Part shown: piece after piece, positions 19,324 through 28,235 of the stretch
Numbering within the stretch: position 1 is the first letter of the stretch
How the letters are laid out: each line of letters begins with the position of its first letter
Source of the DNA: a bacterium
GTDB lineage: Bacteria; Patescibacteriota; CPR2; UBA1875; JAJYID01
Assembly (NCBI GenBank): GCA_030647205.1
Contig: JAUSJO010000002.1
Span: 241,112 to 305,111, forward strand
DNA: 64,000 nt
Direction of reading: 5' to 3'
The notes under the pieces: model-generated
The model's input: only the letters and a program-made list of their open reading frames with translations
Told to the model about the DNA's origin: nothing
Database searches by the model: none
Translations under genes and position numbers: made by a program

Positions 19324-20511
19324 TTAGATTCTTTTTCCGTTTTTACCTAAAATTATTGCTGCAATAATTAGGAAAGAACCGGAAAGAATCCATGTCAGGG
19401 GGATAGAAGTGGTTTGCGCGAGAAGACCACTCACTATGAGACCGCCAGCACCTCCGATGTGATGCGATATCGACTCAAAGGAGATGAGAGTGGCTCTTTC
19501 TTTCGAAGGAATATTATCGTTGAGATAAGCATCCTTGATCGGAGTGAAAGCTCCTCGGGCAACTTCATGCGACAAAAATAGCAAAATAGCTATTTGGTAG
19601 GAGCTAAAATACGCCGTTATTACTATCGCCACACCAATCATTGCCTGCGATACAACGAGGGCCATTCTCTCATCTCTTACTTTCTTTAGGAGCAGAGAAG
19701 ATAGGGAAGAACCGATTATGATACAGACTGATATCCCGACATATAGAAAACCAAAGGAGGTTTTGCTATCGAAATGTTGAGAAAAGAGAGGCTGCCATTG
19801 CATATTCGGTGCTTGTAGTGCGAAGAACTGAACGGCGCTGACGAGAATAATGAACCTTATCGCCTTATTCTTTACTCCGTATCTGATGCTGTTTGCAGTC
19901 GTTGTCCTCATTGACCTTAGTCCTTCCCTGAAAGAGAACTTTTCCCTGACAAAATACTCCTCTTTCATGAGAAAGATAGCCAGTACTCCCGCTACGAAGG
20001 TCGTAATCCCGCCGGCGATCCATGGCAGGGCCAGGTTCTTATCGGCGAGAAAAGCACCCGCAAGAGCTCCAACTATTGTTGCCCCTTGGGCGAATTGCTG
20101 TTCTTTTTTGAAAATAGGCTGAATCGGTTCGGCATAGTCGTAGTATTTGAGTCGATCAACTACCCATGCCTGGAAGGCACCACTTTCAAATGTTCTTGCG
20201 ACAGCACCTATGGCTTCTGCTAAAACAAAAAACCAAATACCGTTAGAGCCGGCATAAACAAACAGGCTGATAGAAAAGAGAAAGCATGATATTATGAACG
20301 ATACTTTCCTCCCAAAAACATCAGCGACAACTCCGGTTGGGATTTCACAGATAAACAAGGTGGTAAAGAACACGCAGTTTACTAGGTTTACCTCAAAAAG
20401 ATTTAATCCTTTCGAGATAAGGAACATCACATATGTTGCCGATATGAAAGATATTCCCAAAGCCATAACTACCTTGAGCAGCAAGTACAATCTGATTGTT
20501 TGTTTAACCAT
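19324..20511 (-). CDS. MFS transporter
   Basis: About 12 TM; EIPTGVVADVFGRK motif A; IPSKERATLIS. Confidence 0.92.
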   Translation of the reverse strand: MVKQTIRLYLLLKVVMALGISFISATYVMFLISKGLNLFEVNLVNCVFFTTLFICEIPTGVVADVFGRKVSFIISCFLFSISLFVYAGSNGIWFFVLAEAIGAVARTFESGAFQAWVVDRLKYYDYAEPIQPIFKKEQQFAQGATIVGALAGAFLADKNLALPWIAGGITTFVAGVLAIFLMKEEYFVREKFSFREGLRSMRTTTANSIRYGVKNKAIRFIILVSAVQFFALQAPNMQWQPLFSQHFDSKTSFGFLYVGISVCIIIGSSLSSLLLKKVRDERMALVVSQAMIGVAIVITAYFSSYQIAILLFLSHEVARGAFTPIKDAYLNDNIPSKERATLISFESISHHIGGAGGLIVSGLLAQTTSIPLTWILSGSFLIIAAIILGKNGKRI

Positions 20512-20560
20512 TTTTCATCTCCTTTACTTTTGGAATGAACTCTAGATAAGTGCGCTAAAA

Positions 20561-20595
20561 TCAAAAGCGCCTCGGCTTATCTAGCCGAGGCGCTT
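20561..20595 (-). terminator. Attenuator terminator in the MFS leader
   Basis: 13-bp stem AAGCGCCTCGGCT/AGCCGAGGCGCTT followed on the minus strand by TTGATTTT. Confidence 0.8.
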
Positions 20596-20621
20596 CGTAT
20601 AATTAAATTAAAAAAGTATGT

Positions 20622-20750
20622 TTAACTCATATTTATATAAAGACCGCCTTGGCCAGACAAATTATTGAATTTATCCCATGCATAGGAAAGAGTGCCGACG
20701 TGAATCGGGTTCATAAACTTTCTATTTACTTGGCAGTTATTTATATTCAT
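20622..20750 (-). CDS. Putative leader peptide (42 aa, or 30 aa from the Met at 20714)
   Basis: MNINNCQVNRKFMNPIHVGTLSYAWDKFNNLSGQGGLYINMS; overlaps the antiterminator strand. Confidence 0.5.
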   Translation of the reverse strand: MNINNCQVNRKFMNPIHVGTLSYAWDKFNNLSGQGGLYINMS

Positions 20751-20759
20751 AACATGTTG

Positions 20760-20788
20760 ATTATAGCATAAACTTCTTAAAATATCAA
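20760..20788 (-). promoter_or_regulatory. Sigma70 promoter of the leader/MFS unit
   Basis: TTGATA-17-TATAAT with TG extension. Confidence 0.7.
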
Positions 20789-20911
20789 ATGGTGGACTCT
20801 GTAGCGCGTTATCCGAACTTTAATATTTGGGGCAGCGGTAAAGAATATTTCTTCATAAAAAGAAAGCGACCCCTTACAGGGCGCCTTCTTTTTATCTGGT
20901 TGGCTCTGGGA

Positions 20912-21430
20912 TTAGATTCCCAGTTCCTCCCGTAGAAGTGCTTCTGTCGAGGGGTCGTTGTAAACGACAATAGTGATCTCTTTTAAGTGATTGTACCAGC
21001 CGTTAGCCTCAAAGGTGAGAATGCCGATGACCATTTCCTTAATGGCTTTGTCCGGACTCTCAACTTGGTTCTTCATAACACCCATTCTGATAGTCGGGAT
21101 AGTTACCGTTTCATAGCCTGCATGGTCTGCTGCTTCGAGACCCGCTTTCACGATGTTGCGAAGTGGCTGCTGGAGGTCGTCGATTACAAAGATTACGTCT
21201 CCGAATTCTCCATCATGCTGAAGCTCGGCATGTACCGCAATCGCCTGACCATCTTCAAGCCCTTCTTTAAGGGCAAGAGCAGCTTGATTGTGGAACATAT
21301 TCCCAGCGGTATTCATAATAACTCCATCAATACCGCCAAACCAGAAACCGCCGGAATTGATCGCGGTTATCAAAGCATCTGCTTTGACTGAAGCGATGTC
21401 TCCACTTGTTACCTGGACGTTTAGGTTCAT
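20912..21430 (-). CDS. Macro domain protein
   Basis: GDIASVKADALITAINS..GGIDGVI, TIPTIRMGV; SD AGGAG before ATG 21430. Confidence 0.88.
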   Translation of the reverse strand: MNLNVQVTSGDIASVKADALITAINSGGFWFGGIDGVIMNTAGNMFHNQAALALKEGLEDGQAIAVHAELQHDGEFGDVIFVIDDLQQPLRNIVKAGLEAADHAGYETVTIPTIRMGVMKNQVESPDKAIKEMVIGILTFEANGWYNHLKEITIVVYNDPSTEALLREELGI

Positions 21431-21476
21431 AAGGATCCATCTCCTTTTCTGAATTATCATTGGATACTTGGTCTAG

Positions 21477-21505
21477 ATAATAACATAAATACTGTTATTT
21501 GTCAA
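21477..21505 (-). promoter_or_regulatory. Sigma70 promoter of the macro-domain gene
   Basis: TTGACA-17-TATTAT. Confidence 0.65.
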
Positions 21506-21610
21506 CAGCTTTGTTAAATAAAAAATACTCAGTTTTACTGAGCACGAAAACTTGAGCCTAGTTTTTACTTTATAATGTTTAAAACAAAAAACCTCAATAA
21601 GACATATTTC

Positions 21611-21687
21611 TGGTGGGCTTGCGCAGACTCGAACTGCGGACCTCTACGATGTCAACGTAGCGCTCTAACCAACTGAGCTACAAGCCC
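21611..21687 (-). tRNA. tRNA-Val(GAC)
   Basis: GGGCTTGTAGCTCAGTTGGTTAGAGCG CTACG-TTGACAT-CGTAG ...GTTCGAG...CACCA. Confidence 0.97.
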
Positions 21688-21733
21688 GAAACTAGTATTG
21701 AATTATATAGAAAATAAGGTAAAAAATCAATTG

Positions 21734-21762
21734 AAAAAGCGGCTGGGATACAGCCGCTTTTT
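21734..21762. terminator. Terminator
   Basis: AAAAAGCGGCTG-GGATA-CAGCCGCTTTTT. Confidence 0.75.
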
Positions 21763-21777
21763 GATAGGTGATTGGAG

Positions 21778-22485
21778 TTAGCCAACATTTGTCGGCTTTT
21801 TTGTCTCAGCATTCATAATACCCCAGAAAGTATGTAGCATCTCATCAAAGCCCCGCATGGAACTGATAGTAGTGCTTATATCTGCCATGCTTGGCGGATG
21901 TTCCTCATTAAGCATTCTTTCTTTCATTGCCCGGAGTATGTGTTCGACACTCTCGATGTTTCTCTGCGCCCGTTCAAGCATACTGACTCTGTGTTCTTCG
22001 GAAATATTCTCCCTTCGACGGCCTGACTTCCTGCGAAGCAGAAGGTCCATATCCATGCTGATAGTTTTCATTCCTACAAAGAAGATGTCTAGGGTTTTCC
22101 AGAATCTTAACTCAGTGTGGACGAAAGATTCAACTTCTAGACCAGCAAGGATTCTTTGTAGAGAAGTGAACTCATCATGGTTGTGCTTTAGGAAGTTCTC
22201 CGTTTTGAGTCCGGCTGCTCGACCCTCTTCTTTCAGAAAGTCTATCTCAAAGGATCTCATTATGTCGTTTGCTGCCAGGTATTTGTCTTCTCTTCCTCCC
22301 GCAATTTCTCCGTCAGGTCCTTTGAACCAGTAGGGTGCGTAGTTCGGACCAAAAAGTTCTCGGTTCTCGGGGCTTACTTCTTCCGGACCAATAATCCCGT
22401 AAGCCTCTAGCATGTTTGCCACAACATCTCTTTGCGCTAAGTCATACTGATTTATTCCCCCAAGTAGTGCCATCAGAAAAACCAC
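21778..22485 (-). CDS. Hypothetical helical protein (true start probably the Met at 22473)
   Basis: 235-aa ORF, SD GAAAGGTGG, own terminator. Confidence 0.65.
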   Translation of the reverse strand: MVFLMALLGGINQYDLAQRDVVANMLEAYGIIGPEEVSPENRELFGPNYAPYWFKGPDGEIAGGREDKYLAANDIMRSFEIDFLKEEGRAAGLKTENFLKHNHDEFTSLQRILAGLEVESFVHTELRFWKTLDIFFVGMKTISMDMDLLLRRKSGRRRENISEEHRVSMLERAQRNIESVEHILRAMKERMLNEEHPPSMADISTTISSMRGFDEMLHTFWGIMNAETKKPTNVG

Positions 22486-22571
22486 CTTTCAAAAGGTTGA
22501 TTGTTTTGTCTTTAAGAGCTCCCTCGTTGGGGAAAGTATAAGTGATATTTAAATACAAATCAACAAAAATA

Positions 22572-22626
22572 TTGACAACGGGGGAAAGTAGTGCTAACAT
22601 AAGAGTCCTTTTGGATGTTTTCACAA
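22572..22626 (+). promoter_or_regulatory. Promoter and putative operator of the CdaR pair
   Basis: TTGACA(22572)-17-TAACAT(22595); TTGG-N8-ACAA at 22611..22626. Confidence 0.55.
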
Positions 22627-22657
22627 AGCGAGAATATTAAAATAGCAGGATTTACAA

Positions 22658-23776
22658 ATGTTGACAAACACTCTTTCAACCGAGCTTGTTAAGAGGGTAT
22701 CGGGGATTACCAAAAACCCCATTGCTATTTTAGACTTGTCCGGCGACATTCTGGCAAAAAGTGAAAACTTCAAATACAGTTCTAGCCATATTGATATTAA
22801 ACACTCTAAGAAGGCCTTGCCTCTTTTGGTAGAAGGAGAAAAGGTTGGGTATGTTTATCTTGATGCGTCTCCTCATGTTATTTCTGAGGAAGGCGACATC
22901 ATAAAGTCGATGCTGGAGCTTATCCTGCATCAGAAAACCATTTTAGAAAATATTACTTCCGAAGACAGGAAAATCAATAAATTTATTTATGATCTCTTGC
23001 ATCAAGCCGACTATGACGAGTCTGAGGCTATTTCTGAGGCAAAAGTATATGGATTTGACCTCAAAAAACCAAGGATGGTTTTGCTTATTGATCTTGGCGG
23101 TGAAATTAAGAGTACATTATTCAGCGAAAATTTGAGTTGTAACGAAAAAGACTCTTTCTGGGCAAAGATAAAAAGATCTCTTACTTCCCAAACAGAGTCT
23201 TTTTATACAAGGAATAGGGATAATGTGGTCGCTTATATCGGAGGCAGCCGGTTTGTGGTGCTCAAAAGTCTGGGTTCTGAAGAGGAAATGGTCGCTAACT
23301 TTAAGCATATTTTAAAAACATTGAATTCTTTTGAATATAGCTTAAAGAGTGAGTTCCGCGGAGATGTGACTATTGGTGTGGGGAAATACTATTCTGGAAT
23401 CTCAGGGCTTAAAGAATCGTATGAGGAAGCGCTTATTGCCATGAACTTTGGTGAAAAGGTTTGGGGTAAAGATAAAGTTTACAGTTTTGACAGCTTCGGT
23501 GTTGTGGCTCCGCTCATAAACAGCGGCAAGGGCTTGGACTTTCCGAAAAATGTCTTTGAAGGCTTTTCAAATGAGGAGCTAAAGCATACTTTGGATGTCT
23601 TTTTTGAAAATAACATGAGTCTGACCCAAACGGCAAAGAAGCTAAAGATTCATAGAAATACGCTCGTTTATAGGTTGGACAAAATATCCGAGAATCTGCG
23701 GCTTGATCCAAGGTTGTTTGATGATGCGGTTCAAATAAAACTATCAATGCTTTTTGGAGAACTGGTCCATCAATAA
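22658..23776 (+). CDS. CdaR/PucR-family transcriptional regulator 1
   Basis: N-terminal sensor domain, GGDEF-like middle (IGVG..GLKESYEEA), HTH TAKKLKIHRNTLVYRL. Confidence 0.92.
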   Translation: MLTNTLSTELVKRVSGITKNPIAILDLSGDILAKSENFKYSSSHIDIKHSKKALPLLVEGEKVGYVYLDASPHVISEEGDIIKSMLELILHQKTILENITSEDRKINKFIYDLLHQADYDESEAISEAKVYGFDLKKPRMVLLIDLGGEIKSTLFSENLSCNEKDSFWAKIKRSLTSQTESFYTRNRDNVVAYIGGSRFVVLKSLGSEEEMVANFKHILKTLNSFEYSLKSEFRGDVTIGVGKYYSGISGLKESYEEALIAMNFGEKVWGKDKVYSFDSFGVVAPLINSGKGLDFPKNVFEGFSNEELKHTLDVFFENNMSLTQTAKKLKIHRNTLVYRLDKISENLRLDPRLFDDAVQIKLSMLFGELVHQ

Positions 23777-23815
23777 TTCATAATTAAAAATTAACAATTC
23801 AAAATTGAGGAAATT

Positions 23816-25009
23816 ATGAGATTAACAAAAGAAATTAGCGAAGAGCTGCTTACAAAAATAGAAAGGGTAATTGGTCGCAAGGCTTATCTATTTGACGAGA
23901 ATGGTATCGCCATGGATGGAGCGCCTGCGAAGATTGATCTTTTAGCCCTGAAGGTGATTCAGAGTACACGGGAGATAACAGAGAAAAAAGAAGAGAAGTA
24001 CTTTAGTTGTACGCCGATAGTTTATGAAGACAAGGTTATCGGGGCCGTATGCGCCGGAGATGATAAAAAAGAAGATTCTCTAGAGTTCGCCGGTCTTGCT
24101 AAGGGGCTAGCTGAGGTTCTTTTATACGAAGAGTTCCTTGTAAAAAACATACATGTAGCGAACGATCTCAGGAGTGATTTCATCAAAGAAATCTTGACTG
24201 GGACAAAAATCCAAACGACCGAGGAAGCTGTCGAACAGGGGGACATAATCGGAGTAAATCTCAGGTTTAAATATGCGGTAATGATATTTAAAATAGATGA
24301 TCTTTATCAGACATATATAGAACATAACAAAAAAATGCGTATTGAGACTGCCAGGGCCAAGTTTCAAGAATATTTAAAGGGAATAGAGGATAATCTTCTT
24401 TGTTCTTTTGAGGGAGAGATACAAAACTGTATAGTTTATATAGGTGACGGGAAGTTTGTGATACTTAAGGAAATAAAAGGGGATGGTACCGATACTTTGA
24501 ATTCGTTTAAAACCTTAAAAGATAGTGGAAAGCAAATTTATGCGGTACTCAAGAAAAAGTTCCCTGATCGCGTCAGGGTTTCGGTAGGCCAGTATTATCA
24601 GGGACTTTCGGGGCTTAGAAAATCATATGAAGATTCAAACATTGCACTCCGGCTTGGTGAAAAAGTTTTGACGGAAAGTGGAGTCTACCATATCTTGGAT
24701 GTTGCGATGTTTGTCGGTCTTTTAGGCGACGTTGCAAGCACCAGAAAGAATGAGCTTTCTTATCAAGTTCTCAGGAAGTTGTATATGGATAAAGATCTGC
24801 TTAAAACTACCAGTGTTTTCTTGGAAAATGGGATGAATCTGACCGAAGCGTCGAAAAAACTTCATTTGCATAGAAATACTTTGATTTACAGGCTTCATAA
24901 AGTGAAAGAACTTATAGGGCTCGACCCGACAAGATTTTATGACGCGCTCCAGATAAAACTAGGGCTTATGGACACGTCAGAACAGGGTGTGCCCGCGGAA
25001 GTGAACTAG
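23816..25009 (+). CDS. CdaR/PucR-family transcriptional regulator 2
   Basis: Same architecture; GLRKSYEDS; ASKKLHLHRNTLIYRL. Confidence 0.92.
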   Translation: MRLTKEISEELLTKIERVIGRKAYLFDENGIAMDGAPAKIDLLALKVIQSTREITEKKEEKYFSCTPIVYEDKVIGAVCAGDDKKEDSLEFAGLAKGLAEVLLYEEFLVKNIHVANDLRSDFIKEILTGTKIQTTEEAVEQGDIIGVNLRFKYAVMIFKIDDLYQTYIEHNKKMRIETARAKFQEYLKGIEDNLLCSFEGEIQNCIVYIGDGKFVILKEIKGDGTDTLNSFKTLKDSGKQIYAVLKKKFPDRVRVSVGQYYQGLSGLRKSYEDSNIALRLGEKVLTESGVYHILDVAMFVGLLGDVASTRKNELSYQVLRKLYMDKDLLKTTSVFLENGMNLTEASKKLHLHRNTLIYRLHKVKELIGLDPTRFYDALQIKLGLMDTSEQGVPAEVN

Positions 25010-25055
25010 CCTCTCGACATTTCTCCAAAATATTTACTAAAAAATTCCCGAATTT

Positions 25056-25135
25056 TTGTTAACTCCTACAATGAAACGGGGTATCCAGTCTTATATCATT
25101 GGTTTACTCCTCGAAGGATTTGGGCACATTAAAAA
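25056..25135 (+). promoter_or_regulatory. Putative activator-dependent promoter with a boxA-like leader
   Basis: TTGT-N8-ACAA (25056..25071) abutting weak -35 ATGAAA-17-TATCAT; hairpin TCCTCGAAGGA; GCACATTAAAAA. Confidence 0.5.
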
Positions 25136-25287
25136 ATAGTTTTACGCGTTCTGCCATGTACGGTTACGTGCAACCTCTAAAATTAACAAATGTCTAACGT
25201 TTATCTTTGGCTGCGGCCGGGAAACCAGACAAAAATTTTTACCCATAGGTTGTCACCGCTCGGCATGGCGGAAGACGCAAAACTGTT
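25136..25287 (+). ncRNA. Rod-shaped structured RNA, 6S RNA-like
   Basis: Nested arms AGTTTT/AAAACT, TTCTGCCATGT/GCATGGCGGAA, CGGT/ACCG, CAACCT/AGGTTG, A/U-rich central bubble, TGTCT/AGACA; G-U pairs favour the + strand. Confidence 0.6.
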
Positions 25288-25323
25288 TTACGACAAGAGA
25301 TTCAAAATCAGTTTTATGGCGAT

Positions 25324-25363
25324 GCAAAGAGCAACTTTCAAATGAAAGTTGCTCTTTGTTTTT
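25324..25363 (+). terminator. Terminator after the RNA
   Basis: GCAAAGAGCAACTTTCA-AA-TGAAAGTTGCTCTTTGTTTTT. Confidence 0.8.
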
Positions 25364-25424
25364 AGCATTGTTTTCTTGAAAACTAATATTGACTGAGCAT
25401 TCCCTTGAGGGGAACCAAAATGTC

Positions 25425-25520
25425 TGTCATTCTGGCTTGTCCAGAGTCGCATTTGTCATCCTGAGGCACGAAGGATCTCATCCCACATTCCTTTGTCATT
25501 CCCGCGGAGGCGGGAATCCA
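25425..25520 (+). repeat. Cluster of three TGTCAT-tagged REP-like hairpins
   Basis: TGTCATTCTGGCTTGTCCAGAGTC; TGTCATCCTGAGGCACGAAGGATCTC; TGTCATTCCCGCGGAGGCGGGAATCCA. Confidence 0.8.
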
Positions 25521-25538
25521 GTCTTTAAGTATAGTCTC

Positions 25539-25703
25539 TACTTTTTGATAGCAAAAAGTAACAAAAACTACCGGCTAACGATTCTTTTCAAAGTGTCGAA
25601 TTTCATCTCATTTCAGGTTCAAAAAAATTAACTCGTTTCACTCAAACAAAATTCTTTTTGAATCTTCATTCGATTTATTCTCTCCTTGAAAAAATCATGC
25701 CGG
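25539..25703. repeat. Long imperfect palindromic (MITE-like) element
   Basis: TACTTTTTG-ATAG-CAAAAAGTA, then arms CCGGC/GCCGG, TCGAAT/ATTCGA, TTCAAAAA/TTTTTGAA around AACTCGTTTCACTCAAACA. Confidence 0.65.
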
Positions 25704-25873
25704 ATTAGAACAGATTTATCTTCAAACTATTCCAACAGTTCAAACAATTTTCGCCATTGACAGGTGTAAAACTATTATGGTACTTTTGCCCTAATGAGGA
25801 GGGCTTCGAATAATTTCGGAGCGGAGGGTGGTTGAGGTGTTGACCTCTAAAAAAGGAAAGGAGGTGAAGTAAA

Positions 25874-26542
25874 ATGGGAGATACTGCAACAGCAGTTACT
25901 GACGCAGTCAGAAATACTCTGTCTGATGTCATAGCTTATATTCCTGATCTTGTTGCCGCCATCATAGTTGTTCTTGTTGGTATTATAGTTGCTTGGGCTG
26001 TAAAAACCGTGATCGTTAAAGGTCTCGGCTTTTTGCAAATCAAGAAATATACCGATGCAGTTGGGCTTAACAAGGTTATAACAAAAGATGTTGAAGTAGT
26101 TGACTTGCTTGGTGATATCGCAAAGTGGGTTATACTTCTAACCTTTATCATTGTTGCTCTTGATGTAGCAAAGCTTTCCGGAGCAAACGATCTTTTGAAG
26201 AGCGTACTTGCATATATACCCAATGTTGCTAAAGCCGCAGTCCTTTTGTTTATCGGCGTAGTTGTAGCAGACCTTGCTTCAAGGGTCGTGAAAGCTACTG
26301 CTAACTCAATAGGCGTAAGAGCAAGCGAAATCCTATCTGACATTGCTAGATGGGCTATTATTATCGCTGCTTTTTTCCAGGCGATGAAACTTTTGGGTCT
26401 TATTGCCGGGCCAATCGAAACTCTATGGACAGGTGTTATTGCTTTCTTAGCAATTGCCGGTGGTCTTGCTTTCGGTCTTGGGGGCAAAGATGCAGCGACA
26501 GATATCATTAACTCTGTCAAAAAGGCGTTTCCAAAGAAGTAG
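25874..26542 (+). CDS. TM-helix-repeat membrane protein (MscS-associated/CmpX-like)
   Basis: Two AYIPxLxxA repeats; LAFGLGGKD; SD AAAGGAGGTGA. Confidence 0.8.
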   Translation: MGDTATAVTDAVRNTLSDVIAYIPDLVAAIIVVLVGIIVAWAVKTVIVKGLGFLQIKKYTDAVGLNKVITKDVEVVDLLGDIAKWVILLTFIIVALDVAKLSGANDLLKSVLAYIPNVAKAAVLLFIGVVVADLASRVVKATANSIGVRASEILSDIARWAIIIAAFFQAMKLLGLIAGPIETLWTGVIAFLAIAGGLAFGLGGKDAATDIINSVKKAFPKK

Positions 26543-26579
26543 GAACTTATCTTACGTAAAAACTAGGAAACAAAAACAA

Positions 26580-26615
26580 AAAAGAGAAAGGCGCGATTAC
26601 GCGCCTTTCTCTTTT
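26580..26615. terminator. Bidirectional terminator
   Basis: AAAAGAGAAAGGCGCG-ATTA-CGCGCCTTTCTCTTTT. Confidence 0.8.
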
Positions 26616-26628
26616 GTAACTATTTTAT

Positions 26629-27579
26629 TTATCTTCCTATAGCTACCTTTTTAGATTTAGATTTTCCTTTATAAAATTTTGCGGCATCTTCCGGCGGGAT
26701 GGAATTGATAATTATTCCTGTTCCGAGCTCAACTCCTGCCCAAACATTTGGCCTAGGGTCAAGCTTTAAGACCATATGGTGTCCGCAGTCATCAAAGCTA
26801 TTGTGGAAGAAGTAGTTGTAGCTTAAACCGATTGATTCAACTTTTCCGATGATATGCTTCATGGCTTCGGCTAGGGAATGTTTCTCATCTTGATTCATAT
26901 CAAATAGGCTTGAAACGTGTCTTTTTGGAATAAACCAGACGCTATACGGATACTCTGAGGCAAACGGACAAAGCGCAAAAATGTTTTTGTCTTCCCACGC
27001 AACTCTCGGCGACTTTTTCTCATCCTTTATAATGTCGCAGTATGGACATGTTTTGTTCTTTAATGTATAGTCGTCGATTGCAAGAATTTCTTCACGAATT
27101 AGCGGTGGCAACATGGGCAGTGCGATAACTTGAGAGTGAGCATGGTCTATGCTTTCGCCGGCTTTTCCTCCCTCGTTTTTAAATACCAAAACATAACGAA
27201 TCTTATCTACTTTCTTCAGAGATTCATATCTTTCAGAGTAGACGTCGAGGATTTTTTTGATATGCTCTATAGGCAGTTCGTGGATTTCTTTGTTATGGTA
27301 AGGAGACTCGATAATTATTTCTTGCTTACCGTAAGCATATTTGTTATCAAGCGTCAGAGCAGGATAAATGTTTTTTATAACCCTGATAAGCCAGCCGCCC
27401 TTTAAATCAGGAAGTTCATATATAAGTTTTACCTTTCCTCCCGGGCACATAAAACAGTCTTTTTTAGTGCTATCATCCTCTGTACAAACTTTTGTGATAT
27501 GTGGCCTTTGGCCCCTTTTGGGTGAGATGATGACGTATTTGTCTTGAAAGTAATGTTTTCGTATTTCGCTTTTTTTCAT
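26629..27579 (-). CDS. galT: Galactose-1-phosphate uridylyltransferase family (HIT superfamily)
   Basis: RGQRP, CFMCPG, NIYPAL, FKNEGGKAGESIDHAHSQ, GVELGTG..IN..PPE. Confidence 0.85.
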   Translation of the reverse strand: MKKSEIRKHYFQDKYVIISPKRGQRPHITKVCTEDDSTKKDCFMCPGGKVKLIYELPDLKGGWLIRVIKNIYPALTLDNKYAYGKQEIIIESPYHNKEIHELPIEHIKKILDVYSERYESLKKVDKIRYVLVFKNEGGKAGESIDHAHSQVIALPMLPPLIREEILAIDDYTLKNKTCPYCDIIKDEKKSPRVAWEDKNIFALCPFASEYPYSVWFIPKRHVSSLFDMNQDEKHSLAEAMKHIIGKVESIGLSYNYFFHNSFDDCGHHMVLKLDPRPNVWAGVELGTGIIINSIPPEDAAKFYKGKSKSKKVAIGR

Positions 27580-27640
27580 AAAAAAATCCCTCCAAGAAGA
27601 TTATACAAAGAAATGAGTGATTTAAAAAGGAAAAAGTTAA

Positions 27641-27668
27641 AGCCCCGCGAAAATTAATTCGCGGGGCT
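27641..27668. terminator. Terminator
   Basis: AGCCCCGCGAA-AATTAA-TTCGCGGGGCT. Confidence 0.75.
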
Positions 27669-27673
27669 AGATT

Positions 27674-28159
27674 TTAGTGCTGAGGAAAGGGTTTGCCGGT
27701 TTTGGTTGCGACCAAAACGGGGCGCATGCCTTTCATCACTGTTCTGTCTCCATCTGTTTTAAAGCCGAAGGCTTCAAGCCAAGGGGTAAGCTTTAAGGTC
27801 TGATGGAAAGATCCTTGATGAAAATGAAGAACTATCCCATCATCTTCTGGTTTTAATCCCACTAAGTCATGACCTATCAACTCACTCAGTTCTCCTATAC
27901 TTTCTTCGGCCGAAGTGTAATCTTCCTCAGGGAAGATTTTGTTAGCTTTATGGAAGAGGAGTTTCACATAACTGTTACTGACACCATTGTATGCGCATAT
28001 GGCTAGGTACAAAGGAGACTCTTCTTCATCGGTGGTTTCAAACTCCAGATACAGGCCTTTATTCTGCTTTTCTATGTAGATTGCGGTAACTGTTCTGGGG
28101 ATTAGGTTACTGATTTCTTGAGCGTCTTTTTCACACAAGGTTTTTTCCGTTGCTGCCAA
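27674..28159 (-). CDS. Hypothetical protein
   Basis: 161-aa ORF, TTG start with SD AAGGAG. Confidence 0.6.
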   Translation of the reverse strand: MAATEKTLCEKDAQEISNLIPRTVTAIYIEKQNKGLYLEFETTDEEESPLYLAICAYNGVSNSYVKLLFHKANKIFPEEDYTSAEESIGELSELIGHDLVGLKPEDDGIVLHFHQGSFHQTLKLTPWLEAFGFKTDGDRTVMKGMRPVLVATKTGKPFPQH

Positions 28160-28235
28160 GTGAGCTCACTCCTTCTTTAGAAATTAGAGGATGATAGCCG
28201 GCAAGGTATGCTTATCCTACCTACTTCTTTCTTAC

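Noticed and set aside
20790-20818. TGGTGGACTCT...CGAAC resembling a tRNA 3'-end remnant
   Set aside because: Too degenerate to match either tRNA or the tmRNA in this window
25190-25345. 51-codon ORF MSNVYLWLRPG... across the structured RNA
   Set aside because: No SD, runs into the terminator, and the pairing pattern is better explained as an RNA
25389-25631. 80-aa ORF containing CHS.. repeats
   Set aside because: It is a translation of the TGTCAT repeat cluster
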